A DNA stretch of 64,000 bases from Eledone cirrhosa (GCA_964016885.1 OZ024743.1:258602001-258666000), one strand, 5' to 3'; counted from the first letter of the stretch, positions 1-11,554 are shown. Notes: generated from the letters alone by a model not told the origin. Numbers and translations are program-made.

Positions 1-339
1 GGTGGTCGATTGGTGAAATCTTTACAGTGTCTGACAATTGCTTGGAAGTAATTGTTCTGTATCTCTGTTTTCTGAGTTCAAATCTTGCTACGGTCAATTT
101 CTATCTGGAGTTGATAAAGTACCAGCTCAATCCATACCAATGCAGTCCCCTCGCCTACACATGCATCTGATCCTTCTTATGACCAGTTTTTCTCTCAGCT
201 CATATATAGACTATTACAGATCCATATATATATGTATATATATGTGTGTGTGTGTAAAAAGTAAATGGAAACAAAGCAAACAACACAGTACAATGAAGAA
301 ATATATATTAGCTTAACACCTAATATAGTAAGTAAAGAG

Positions 340-375
340 TCTTAACATTTCAGACACTAGTCCCTCATTAGAAGA
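340..375 (-). ncRNA. Decayed minimal type I hammerhead motif in a Penelope-type terminal repeat
   Basis: Minus strand reads UCUU-CUAAUGA-GGGAC UAGU GUCU-GAAA-UG-UU-AAGA (core G5>A). A paralogous copy at 56730-56765 has an intact CUGAAGA. Confidence 0.5.
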
Positions 376-499
376 TAGAATGAGAAATAAAAGATGAAAT
401 AAAAAGATAGAGGGTGAGAAGAAGAATGAACAAAAAAGTTTTCTTTGAGAAAAGACAGTGTGCATTCAGTCAACCATTTTAGAGACTACATGAGGTTTA

Positions 500-725
500 T
501 CAACAGGTGACCATTGTTGCCATGGGCACAAGAATGGGCCCCATCAACGCCAACTTATTTGTCAGCTTTGTTGAGGCTCAAATCTTTGCCTAATACACGG
601 ATCCTACCCTGTGATGATACAGTCATTACATGGATGACAGTATTAGTGCCACCTCACTCCCCAAGAGCTCAACTGCTTCCTCTCCTTCTTCTGCTCTTTT
701 CACCCTACTCTTGACTTCATCACTT
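500..725 (+). pseudogene. Degenerate Penelope-like RT fragment
   Basis: Frameshifted translation gives VAMGTRMGP..ANLFVSFVE and YMDD, matching PLE RT motifs 4-5. Confidence 0.55.
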
Positions 726-989
726 CAGTCCACTTCCTCTACATCTCTATTTCTATCAATCACTTGCATTGTTCCATCATCAACTGCACCTTTTTCAAAC
801 TCACTGACTCCCACTTCTACCTTGATTTCCCATCCGCATACACCACCCACACTAAATATATATATATTGATTGTGTTACACAACAAAGAAAGCTCAATGA
901 ACATTAAACTCAAAGCATGAATTATACAAATTTAAACGACATATAAAAAAATCTTTTTCATATAAACTTCTAGAATTATGTACATATCT

Positions 990-2100
990 AGTGTGGGTGA
1001 AATTCCTTAAGATCCATGGACGAGTTCTCTCCAGTGGTCTCTGTCCTTCATCATTGCTGCTGTGTCCTGCACAGCCTAGAGACCAGAGTCTGTCCTTAGG
1101 GCATCAATATATGTCATCTTCGGTCTCCCTCTTCTAGTATATACAAATTTAATATGTCCGTTTAGGAGCTCCCACAGAACCACTGAGTACAGTGTCAACT
1201 CTGAATGTCGGTGAGCATGTCCAGCTAACCTCAGTCTCCTGTGTGTTTCTTTCGAGCTGACTTTTGGGGAGCTCCCAATACAGCTCTGTGTTCTTCATCC
1301 TCAGTGTATACTGATTAATGTTCAGTGCCATCCTCAGCATTTTCATGTAGCACCCATCCACCCTCTGAGTGAGTCTTTTGGTCAGTGTCCAAGTCTCAGA
1401 CCTGTACAGCAGCACAGATTCCACTGTAGTGACGAAGAAACAGATCTTTAGGTCTTTACGAAGGTCTGATTTCTACACCAACTTCAAACTGTGACATGCT
1501 GCTCAGGCTTTGCTCTTCCTCTCCTCCACATCATCCTCTATGTTCCCAATCTTTGCTTCCAGATATAGGAAGCGGCTTCCCACCTACTTCCATAATCTTC
1601 TCTGGCTTCTTAATGTTCTCTACCAGATACTCCATCTTACTCTCATTCATTCTCAGCCCCACACTCATTGACACTGTCTTCACCTCCTGCATCAAATCCT
1701 CTACCTTCTTCACTGTGTTTGTCACCAGAACTATGTCGTCAGCAAATTCAGCATCTGATTTCTTTTTAGCCTTAACTCTCCTGCTCTGAGCCAGTGCTAC
1801 AGTAAAGCCCGAGTCCTGGTGTTTCTCCAGTGCAAGGTGCATACAATAGTCGACTGTGATGATAAAAAAATAGGTAGCCAGTGTATCTCCCTGGAGCACT
1901 CCAGCAAATATCTCAAAGGACTCCATCATCCCGTCAGGAGTAATGACTTGGGCTCTGGTGTGGTGTAGAGCGGTGTTATCAGGTCCACTATGTTCTTGGG
2001 GATTCCATATGCCTGTAAGATCTTCATCAAGCCGTGACAGTTCACAAAATCAAAGGCATTCCTGAAGTCAATGAAAATCATGACAGCAGGAAGGCTCTTA
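990..2100 (-). mobile_element. Degenerate non-LTR retrotransposon RT/C-terminal region (RTE-like, distinct from the two main families)
   Basis: ORF pieces FIDFRNAFD, GVLQGDTLATYFFII, FADDIVL and ESVLLYRSETWTL. Confidence 0.8.
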
Positions 2101-2273
2101 ATTGATATGAAAGTAATAAATGATATAAAGGTAATACACGCACATACATAAATATATAAACACACAAATATATATATGTATATATAGAAAGATATATATA
2201 AACACCCAGATATATACATATACACACAAATGAGTATGTATATATACTAATACAAAAGTATATATGCAAAGAT

Positions 2274-2343
<70 letters not shown>

Positions 2344-2345
<2 letters not shown>

Positions 2346-2482
2346 CGAAGGAAATGTGGTAAGGAACCAGGTGGACCATAACGCACCAAAGTACTCAATA
2401 CTTAGGGTAGTAGAGTGGGTAATAGGAACCAGTAAGACCCCGTCGAAACGGCTTGAGCTCAGCCGTCGGGGTCTTACTGGTT

Positions 2483-2487
<5 letters not shown>
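2344..2487. repeat. Short hairpin element with hammerhead 3' half, between (TA)n tracts
   Basis: IR 2422-2442/2467-2487. The loop contains GAAA-CGGCU..AGCCG-UC. The 3' extension is paralogous to 24863-24945. Confidence 0.6.
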
Positions 2488-2530
<43 letters not shown>

Positions 2531-2626
2531 TATATAGATAAACAAATATACTCACTTAAAGATAGAATCAAGCCAATATTGCCTAAAGCAAAATTATAGG
2601 GACCTTTTCATGAATTCCAGAAGATT

Positions 2627-5600
2627 ATCATCATCATCATCACCGTTTTACGTCCGTTCTTCCACGCTAGCATGGGTTAGACGGGTTGTCCTGTTGTGGG
2701 CAGTGTCTGGTCGGCTGACCATGCATTGCTCATACAGGAACTGATCTGGCTTGATTTCTACAGCTGGATGCCCTTCCTAACACCAACCTCATTTACAGTG
2801 AGTGCTGGGTGCTTTTTCGTGGCGCCTACACGTCCACTTTACAGTGTGGGCTGGGTGCTTTTTTGCCGTGGCACCTCCACGACCACCTTGCGGTGGGGGG
2901 GGGGGGCATATTGTTTATATGCTTCAGCATGTACCCATGGGAGGTCGGGTACCCTGTATTACTGCGTGACGCCAGAAGTCACGGTCGTGTGTCATTGACT
3001 TTGAGAGGTGTAGTTGGGTAAGGTCGGCTTTTATCACCTCATCCCAAGTCATCTTGGGTCTCCCCACTCCGCGGTTTCCATCAACTTCTAGTGCTCTGCA
3101 CCTTTTTATGCAGCTGTCATCCTTCATACGCATCACATGTCCATACCAGCGTAACCGCCTCTCCTGCACGCAGCATTTGATTCCTCTTATGCTCAGTCTC
3201 TCTCTCAATTCCTTTATGCTTTGTCGTTCACGTATATTACTGTTACACATCCATCGGAGCATGCAGGCTTCGTTTCTCTCTAATCTACGTAAGTCTTCCA
3301 CCTTCAGCGCCCAGGTCTCACTACCATGCAACATCGCTGTTCGGATACACGCATCATACAGTCTGCCTTTCATTCTGAGGGAGAAGCCTTTTGCAGCTAG
3401 CAGTGGTAGTAGTTCTCTAAACTTCTTCCATCCCGTTCTTACCCTAGTTATTGTACTTTCTGAGCACCCACCTCCGTTGCTAATTCGGTCACCTAGGTAG
3501 CAGAAGCTGTCTACTGTTTCTACAGGGCCCTCCCAGAGATTGGTGGTACTTGTTTCCTGTGGCTGTTTGCTTGCTGTTTCAGCACAGCTGCTGCATGTGA
3601 ATCCTACATTCTTAATTAAGCTTCCTGAGATCCCGCTACATCTCTTGTGTACCCATTGTTTGCATTTGGGGCAGAGAATGGAGTTCCTACCTACACCTTT
3701 CCTACATACTGAGCAAGGCCATTTCCCTGAGGGGATCTGGGTTCTGTTTTCTCGTCTACTTATAAAGACCTTAGTCTTTGTCATGTTGACTTTGAGGCCC
3801 TTTCTCTCTAGTCCCTGCTTCCAGGTTTGGAATTTATTCTCTAGTTCTACCATAGATTCAGCTATGAGTGCGAGGTCATCAGCATACAGGAGTTCCCATG
3901 GGCATCCGGTCTTAAACTCCTCCGTTATTGCCTGCAGGACTATGATGAACAGGAGAGGGCTAAGAACAGAGCCCTGGTGGACCCCAACCTGTACGCTAAA
4001 TTCCTCGCTATACTCATTGCCAATCCTAACTTTGCTGACTGCTCCCCTATACATGGCTTGTACCGCTTTCACAAGCCATTCATCTACTCCTAGTTTTCTA
4101 AGAGCCCACCAGATTACTGCACGTGGAACTCTGTCAAAGGCTTTCTCAAGGTCGACAAATGCCAAGTAGAGTGGCTTACTTTTAGCTAGGTACTTTTCCT
4201 GTAATTGCCTCACAAGGAAGAGGGCATCAGTGGTGCCTTTCCCTGGTACAAACCCAAATTGCATCTCGTCTATATTCACCCGGTCCCTAATCAGCTGTGC
4301 TATAACTCTTTCTGTTACTTTCATGACCTGGTCCATCAACTTTATACCTCTATAGTTTCCTCTATCTAGTGCATCGCCTTTACCTTTGTAGCAGTTGACA
4401 ATGATGCTACTGCACCAATCTTTTGGTATGGCCCCCTCTAGTATTACCTGGTTAATGATACGTGTGGTTATAGTGTGACCTACAGACCCAGATGCCTTCA
4501 GCATCTCGGCAGCTATACCCGATGGACCGGTTGCCTTCCCTATCTTCATATCTCTGATTGCCTTACTTACTACGCTGCCGCTGACTTGTACTGCTGGTCC
4601 CTCTATAGGGTCTACGTGGGGTAGGGTCTCTTCTTCCCATGCATTCTCCTCATTTAGTAATCTATCATAATGACTCTTCCATGCATCTTTCTTCTCAGCA
4701 CTTGTGAGGGCAAGCTCACCTTTATCATTCCGGATACACTTCTCTCCAATGACATCACAACTATCTCTGACACACTGCCTCGCAATCTTGAATACCTCCT
4801 GTTTCTGGTCCTCACGTTGTAAAACATGCTTGAATTTTCTATCCTCTGCTTCCCTCCTAGCTAAGTATACTTGTCGCCTAGCTTCCCTCTTGGTCTCTAT
4901 GTAATGTACCCTGCTCCCCCCGTTCTTCCATTCTTTCCATGCCTGTCTCTTGGCCTTGACTGCTTCATCTACCTTATTGTTCCACCACCAAGTCACTCTC
5001 CTCCTGCTTGAGGTCTTACTCCAGCCACAAACCTCATCCGTCGCCTCTAGTAAGTTATTTTTTAGGAACTCCCAGTTCTCTTCTACGTTAAATGTCTTTA
5101 TCTGTTCTTCTTTACTGTCGTAGGCGTTGAGTAAAATATCTTTAAATCTGTTACTGGTTGAGGGGACTTTCAGCTTCCAGATCTTTCTTCTCCAGGTTGG
5201 CCTCTGTTTCAGGGCTCGTCTAGTTCTGACCGTGAGGTCGCTGACAACTAAGCTATGTTGGGATGTACATTCCTCACTAGGGAAGGCTTTTGTGTTTACG
5301 ACCGTCCATCTGTCACGTCCTCTGATGAGGATAAAATCTAACTGACTAGAGTGCTCCCCTGATCTATAGGTGATCAGGTGGTTGTCGGGTTTTTTAAAGT
5401 TTGTGTTACATATCGACATGTCATTGGCGTCGCAGAATTCTAGAAGTCTGAATCCTTCCTCATTCCTTGTGCCAACTCCATGGCCTCCATGTACTCTATT
5501 GAAGCCGTCGCAGTGTTTACCTACGTGTCCGTTAAAATCTCCTGCAATGATTAGGAAGTCCTTGTCGTCTGTTAGAGCAGTAGTGTGTATTAGGGACTCG

Positions 5601-5844
5601 TAAAACCTATCCTTAAGTTCGTCTGGCAGCCCCGATTGGGGTGCGTAAGCTGATATTATTGTGGTAATTGTCTTATTCAGGACTAGTCTGAGTTTAATGA
5701 TTCTTGCATTTACCCTGTACACTGAGATTACTTTATCTACCCACTTGTCAGCTAATAGTATACCTACACCACCCATCCCATCGTCATTTCCCACCCAGAA
5801 AAATTTGTAGCACTGGCTTTTTCCTACAAGGACTCTAGCAGACC
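2627..5844 (-). mobile_element. RTE-clade LINE family A, 5'-truncated, with 3'UTR and (GAT)n tail
   Basis: Long APE-RT ORF, 3'UTR shared with 31435-31714 and 43346-43679, and (CAT)n at 2627-2643. Confidence 0.95.
2924..5794 (-). CDS. RTE APE endonuclease-reverse transcriptase with PHD-like insert (956 aa, N-terminally truncated)
   Basis: APE motifs SAYAPQ, GDFNGH, LDFIL and SQH. RT motifs YRGIKL, FVDLEKAFD, GVHQGSVLSPLLF and YADD. C4HC3 finger CSVC..CPKC..H..C..CSSC. Confidence 0.95.
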   Translation of the reverse strand: MGNDDGMGGVGILLADKWVDKVISVYRVNARIIKLRLVLNKTITTIISAYAPQSGLPDELKDRFYESLIHTTALTDDKDFLIIAGDFNGHVGKHCDGFNRVHGGHGVGTRNEEGFRLLEFCDANDMSICNTNFKKPDNHLITYRSGEHSSQLDFILIRGRDRWTVVNTKAFPSEECTSQHSLVVSDLTVRTRRALKQRPTWRRKIWKLKVPSTSNRFKDILLNAYDSKEEQIKTFNVEENWEFLKNNLLEATDEVCGWSKTSSRRRVTWWWNNKVDEAVKAKRQAWKEWKNGGSRVHYIETKREARRQVYLARREAEDRKFKHVLQREDQKQEVFKIARQCVRDSCDVIGEKCIRNDKGELALTSAEKKDAWKSHYDRLLNEENAWEEETLPHVDPIEGPAVQVSGSVVSKAIRDMKIGKATGPSGIAAEMLKASGSVGHTITTRIINQVILEGAIPKDWCSSIIVNCYKGKGDALDRGNYRGIKLMDQVMKVTERVIAQLIRDRVNIDEMQFGFVPGKGTTDALFLVRQLQEKYLAKSKPLYLAFVDLEKAFDRVPRAVIWWALRKLGVDEWLVKAVQAMYRGAVSKVRIGNEYSEEFSVQVGVHQGSVLSPLLFIIVLQAITEEFKTGCPWELLYADDLALIAESMVELENKFQTWKQGLERKGLKVNMTKTKVFISRRENRTQIPSGKWPCSVCRKGVGRNSILCPKCKQWVHKRCSGISGSLIKNVGFTCSSCAETASKQPQETSTTNLWEGPVETVDSFCYLGDRISNGGGCSESTITRVRTGWKKFRELLPLLAAKGFSLRMKGRLYDACIRTAMLHGSETWALKVEDLRRLERNEACMLRWMCNSNIRERQSIKELRERLSIRGIKCCVQERRLRWYGHVMRMKDDSCIKRCRALEVDGNRGVGRPKMTWDEVIKADLTQLHLSKSMTHDRDFWRHAVIQGTRPPMGTC

Positions 5845-6961
5845 AAGATGATGCCTATAATCGGTTTTTAATAATTAGTATCAATTACCATTTATCAACT
5901 TTGGTAATAAGAATCATTACAACTATGTAATTTCAATCTTCAGTAAGTTTGTTGGTCTTTTCTATATATACCTCACTCTATACACTTACTAGTTACCTAC
6001 CCAAGGAAGACACATGAATTAACTCCACCTGGTGTCAAAATAACATCTAACAGAAGGGCAGATATAACAGGACAAGCCGTAATAAGTCCCATTATAGCAG
6101 CTCTACAAGTTGGAGTTGTTATATACTATAACTAAGTTTAATCTATACATATAAAATATATATTGGTTGTGTTGCTAAACAAAGAAAGCTCAATGAACAT
6201 TAAGCTCAGAGCATCAATTATACAAATTTAAACAACATAAAAAATCTTGATATATGAAAAAGATATTTTTTTATATCATTTAAATTTGTATATGTATATA
6301 TATATATATATATTTAAATTTAAATTATATAAAAAAAAATATATATATATATATATATAAACCCATGCTAGCTTGGAAGATAGACGTTAAACATTGATGA
6401 TGATGATGTATGTGAAATTTGTATATATATGTATGTGTGTGTATCTTTGTATATATACAGTTATATTTGTATTTATACATACACATTTGTGCATATATGT
6501 ATATATCTGTATATTTATGTATATCTTTGTATATCTTTGAATATATATATATGTATGTATGTACTTGTATATTTGTGTGTTTAAACATATGTGTGTGTAC
6601 TACCTTTATATATTGTGTATGTGAAAGGGAATTATATTCAGAAATATTTCTGCATGACCATGCATATGCCTGCCGATACCCAGGAGATGAAGAATGAAGC
6701 GAACAATGTTAAAAAATAAATATATAAAAATATGTGCATCAACAAAGACATTTTTTTAAATGACGAAAAAAAGACGCAGAAACAACAAACAACTAAAACA
6801 ACAATCACTTTATTATTATTTTCTTTTTCTTTATTTTGTTTCACTCATAAATTACTCTTTTTGTTTTTTCATCAAATACCTTCTCTAATTTATTTATATG
6901 GTGATGTTGATAATGATGATAACAACAACAGCAGCAATAATAATAATGATAAATAATATTA

Positions 6962-7002
<41 letters not shown>

Positions 7003-8039
7003 TTTGTAATGAATTCTTACTGTAACCTCTAATTAAACAATGGCATTATTTGGGCAATTTATAGTTTCCTGCCAGACTTAGTCAAAAGGTAACCATTTTT
7101 TCCATTTCTTTACTTTTATATTTTTTGGCAACCAAATTCCAATTAAAATCCTACCTTTCTAATGAGATTAATTCCTTTGTCTTCATTTAAATTTTTGTTA
7201 TATTTTATTCATGATTTTTAGGTTTGTTATTGCTGTTTTAAAATATATTCTTCATTTTTTTTATCTTCCTATTATCTTCTTATATTTGCTTTCCTGGCTG
7301 GCTGATTGGTTGTTTGATATTGACTTTCAGGAAACAGATGGGAATAATTCTTCTTTCAGACCTACTGTTGTGTCAGTACCTTGGTCCAGTCTCTTACAAT
7401 TTGTCAATTCCTCAAAGAGTTAACCTGAATATACTGCTTTATAAATGTCTCCCACTGACCATCTTCATTCATTAAATAGTAGACTTTACAGTCTTCACAC
7501 CAAATTGTCTGAAACGACCTCGGGTTCTATGATACAAAACTGTTATTTTAACTCCTAATATCTGGTAATCATTTAGCAGAAAAATAAAATATATGTTTGC
7601 TAAATCATATGTTTCTATTATCTTTACTGTGGGACATATAGTTGGGAAAATTTGAAGTTTTAGAGTAAAGATTTTAAGTTTTGATATGAAGCAGTTATAG
7701 TGTTTAATGTAGTTTCATGTGGTTTGTTATTTCAAATGTTTATAGTATCTTTATCAGTGGACATATAGCTTTGAAAATTTGTAGTTTTAGAGTAAAGATT
7801 TCATTGGTTTATATGATGTTCTCATAGTGTTGTTTTGTATTTTTTTTAAACAGTCTTGCTAATGTTGATTCATGTGCTACAGGACGTTAATAGTTAAAGA
7901 ATTTGAAATGAATGAAAGGCCTCCTCTGGTCATGACTCACAAAGGCCTGTGCCTCACTGAGCTATGAAAGACCAGCAGTTTCCTATGCATGCCAGTCTCT
8001 CCCCTTCTGTCCAAGTTAGGCAGCTCTATAGAAATAATT

Positions 8040-8235
8040 GTTTCTACTTTTGGCACAAGGCCAGCAATTACCCAGTGTATTACTGGTACTTTATTTTATC
8101 GACCCCATAAGGATGAAAGGCGAAGCTAACCTTGGCAGGATTTGAACTCGGAACGTAAAGGTCCATAACTTTATGCTGCAAAGCATAGAGTTATGGCCCT
8201 TATGTCTGATGCTCTACCAATACTGCCAATCCAGA
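8040..8235 (-). mobile_element. Degenerate tRNA-derived SINE (family with GCCTTTCATCCTT..GGGGTCGATAAAATAAAGTACCAG core)
   Basis: B-box-like GAGTTCAAATCC and the core motif on the minus strand. Related remnants at about 20040-20400, 44870-45230, 53210-53320 and 59730-59930. Confidence 0.6.
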
Positions 8236-8728
8236 CAACAATAATAATTTTGACAACATCAATAATAACAATTATGATGACAACAACAAAAACAACAACA
8301 GCAACAATAATGACAACAACAATAATGATTACAACAACAACAATAATGATGATGACAACAACAAGCTGTGTTCCACCAAAACATATTCTTTAATTTGAAA
8401 GTATTCTCTATATTGATGACAGAACAATGGACATTAGTGAATTGTATTTATTGAGGGACTGTCTGTGACAGTAACTATCGCTAGTTGGTTACATTAATGG
8501 TGGTGGAGATGGTGACGTTGTTGATGATGGTGATGGGAATGTTTTTAGTGATGGTGGTGTTGTTGGTAGTGTTTGTGGTGTTGGCGGAGGCAAGATGTTG
8601 TTGGTGGTGGTGGTGGTGGTGGGTGTGAGGATATTATGGTTGATTTAAAGACAAACAAAATATTTCAAAGGTTTCTTCAGAGATTTATTAAGTTTCAGGA
8701 AAATAATAATTAGAAATGTATACACATG

Positions 8729-9056
8729 GAGGCACATGGCTTAGTGGTTAGAGCATTGGCCTTGCAATCGAAAAGTTGTGAGTTCAATTCTCAGACTGGG
8801 TGATGTGTTGTTTCCTTGAGCAAGGCACTTTATTTCACATTGCTCCAGTTTACTCAGCTGTAGAAATGAGGTGATAGGGACAGGGGTCATATCATTCCAC
8901 TGCAAAGTGGTCGTGGAGGTGCCACGGCAAAAAAGCACCCAGCACTCACTGTAAATGAGGTTGGTGTTAGGAAGGACAGCTGTAGAAATCAAGCCAGAAT
9001 CAGTTCCCGTCCCACCCTTGCAAGCAGGGAAAAGTGGACGTAAAATGAAATGATGA
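8729..9056 (+). mobile_element. tRNA-derived SINE with RTE-A-derived 3' end
   Basis: A box TGGCTTAGTGG, B box GAGTTCAATTCT, CCTTGAGCAAGGCACTT core, then sequence matching the RTE-A 3'UTR and a (TGA)n tail. Confidence 0.85.
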
Positions 9057-9637
9057 CACATACACACAAGCACAGACACATACATACACATTCATATAAA
9101 CACACAGACATATATTTGTATAAAGATATAGATATATATATATGATTTTTTAATGTAATCTATGCTTAATGATAACAGCATCAACACAAGACTATGAAAA
9201 GTAGTCTAACAACTTAAGCATTTAAGCTCCTGGGGGATGGAAAACATGGACAGCATCATGTGACATATGTGTGTGTGTGTGTGTGTGTAAAGTGGCCACC
9301 TTGGTGCCACGGTAACAAGCATTCAGTACACACTGTAAATGTGGTATCCAGCCATAGAAACCAAGCCAGAAACAATTCTGTATGGCAAGACATAGTCATC
9401 TGATCTGTCTCACAACAGGACAACTGCTTTCATCTATCTTTCTATTTAGTCTCCTCTCACTTTTTCTATCTTCCAATGAAGGAGCAACATCTGAAACATT
9501 CAGACATTTTCCCTACTATATGAAATGATAAACTAATATATATCCTCACTGTAGTGTATTGTTCATGTATGTTGTTTTTCCCTGTTGACTTTTCTCATAT
9601 ATATATATTTATATATACATGCACAAACATATGTTTG

Positions 9638-9687
<50 letters not shown>

Positions 9688-9699
9688 CATATATATATG

Positions 9700-10104
9700 T
9701 GTTTGATGGTAGCTAAGATGCTTCCATAGATGGTATGCCGGTTGAGCACTTTATGCTCTTACAGAGCAGAGTATGATAGAATAGAAAACGAAAAATCATT
9801 GATGCATCTGAACTCAATTTATTGTGTGTTACAATTGTTTCATCGGCGGACAGCTCAAGACGCGATCATTGTGTGGATCTGTCTGATTCTGGATCCGCAG
9901 GTTCAACGGACACGTCTAATGATTTTGGAGCATATTCTCTCACTCTATGCTCCGAAATCATTAGACGTATCCGTCGAACCTGCGGGTCCAGAATCAGACA
10001 GATCCACACAATGATCGCGTCTCGAGCTGTCCACCAGCGAAACAATTGTAACACACAATAAATTGAGTTCAGATGCATCACTGATTTTTCGTTTTCTATT
10101 CTAT
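9700..10104. repeat. Inverted-repeat element with decayed hammerhead
   Basis: Arms 9776-9934/9946-10104 with a left extension. GCUG-UCCAC-CAGC-GAAA-CAAUUG-UA at 10026-10050. Confidence 0.75.
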
Positions 10105-10128
10105 ATATACATATATATATATACATAC

Positions 10129-10159
<31 letters not shown>

Positions 10160-10160
10160 T

Positions 10161-10709
10161 ATAAAATATTAAACAAATAATGAATAAACAATTCCTTATA
10201 TTAAACAAAAGAAGTTCATTATTTAACGATCGTTTCTAGGGTATATATGTGTTATAATTGGTATGCATATTCAACAGATCTATGTACAAAATTATACAAA
10301 ATTATACAAATTATCAAGATTAAATATACATACCTAACACATATATACGCCGTCTTCAGAAATAATCATTATTTCTGAAGACGGCGTATATATGTGTTAG
10401 GTATGTATATTTAATCTTGATAATTTGTATAATTTTGTATAATTTTGTACATAGATCTGTTGAATATGCATACCAATTATAACACATATATACCCTAGAA
10501 ACGATCGTTAAATAATGAACTTCTTTTGTTTAATATAAGGAATTGTTTATTCATTATTTGTTTAATATTTTATCTTGACTCTGTATACCGTTTATCTTTC
10601 ACCGAAAGTGGTTTTTCATTACATCTCTTCTTTCCATGATATCCGGAATACATTGAGTTCTTCATACGGATTGGACACTACCGTAAACTCTTGGTAGATT
10701 TATCTACAT
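10161..10709. repeat. Near-perfect 413-bp palindrome (10161-10573) plus a unique 3' extension, flanked by (TA)n
   Basis: Arms are reverse complements around position 10367. Confidence 0.95.
10366..10518 (+). ncRNA. Type I hammerhead ribozyme with long stem II (mirror copy on minus strand about 10217-10366)
   Basis: Stem I UCAUUAUUU/AAAUAAUGA, core CUGAAGA 10375-81, GAAA 10498-501, palindromic CGAUCG stem III, GUU site. Confidence 0.75.
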
Positions 10710-10845
10710 ATATATACATATATATATATACATATATATACATATATATATACATATTTATATACATATATATATACATATATATATATACATATATATA
10801 TATACATATATATATACATATATATATATACATATATATATATAC

Positions 10846-10934
<89 letters not shown>

Positions 10935-11310
10935 CAAACAAATGAGATCGTGTAGGTGTCATGACAAAAAAAAACACAGTCCACGCTGTAATGTGACCGT
11001 GTAGGCAACACGGTAAAAACCTCCCAGTCCCACACTGTAAATGTGGTTGGTGTTAGGAAGGGCATCCAGCTGTAGAAAACCCGCCAGACAGTCCACGCTG
11101 TAATGTGGCCGTGTAGGCAACACGGTAAAAACCTCCCAGCCCCACACTGTAAATGTGGTTGGTGTTAGGAAGGGCATCCAACTGTAGAAAACCCGCCAGA
11201 CAGTCCTATGCGAGCAAGACAACCACTCTTGCCTCAAGTGGGAAAACTCCCGTCCAAACCCATGCAAGCGTGGAACATGGACGTTAAATGATGATGATGA
11301 TGATGATGAT
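10935..11310 (+). mobile_element. RTE family B 3'UTR fragment with internal tandem duplication and (GAT)n tail
   Basis: Matches 23430-23699. A block of about 110 bp (CAGTCCACGCTGTAATGTG...CCGCCAGA) occurs twice. Confidence 0.85.
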
Positions 11311-11554
11311 GAAGTATTTCCGTAGGAAAGGTAAAGGAAAAGAGAGTGCTCTATGTAGGCTAGAGTGCTTTTTAGTTATGTAATAAACAACATAAGATAA
11401 TTATTTCATTTACCAGTGGTTTCTGGAAGACATATATTTATGTTTATCTTCATTTATCTTATTTTTCTGGTGAATGAAGACAGACATAAATATATATCTT
11501 CAAGAAACCACTATTAAATGAAATAATTATCTTATGTTGTTTATTACATAACTA
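11311..11554. repeat. Inverted-repeat element with decayed hammerhead, same family as 58409-58676
   Basis: Arms about 11374-11454/11472-11554. CUGGUGA 11467-73 and GAAA-CCACUAU-UA 11504-16. Confidence 0.75.

Noticed and set aside
3054-5603. Plus-strand ORFs of up to 209 aa
   Set aside because: Antisense shadows of the RTE ORF. The same applies opposite the other RTE, LTR and Tx1 ORFs.
8729-8800. tRNA gene
   Set aside because: A/B boxes continue into a SINE body. No proper acceptor stem or terminator.
9468-9510. CCAAUGA-AGGA..UCU-GAAA-CAUUC hammerhead-like trace
   Set aside because: Too many core mismatches to call.
10161-10573. Palindromes as pure assembly or amplification artefacts
   Set aside because: Cannot be excluded for the two perfect ones. 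However, most IRs have diverged arms, consistent one-sided tails and outward-facing hammerheads, which artefacts would not produce.
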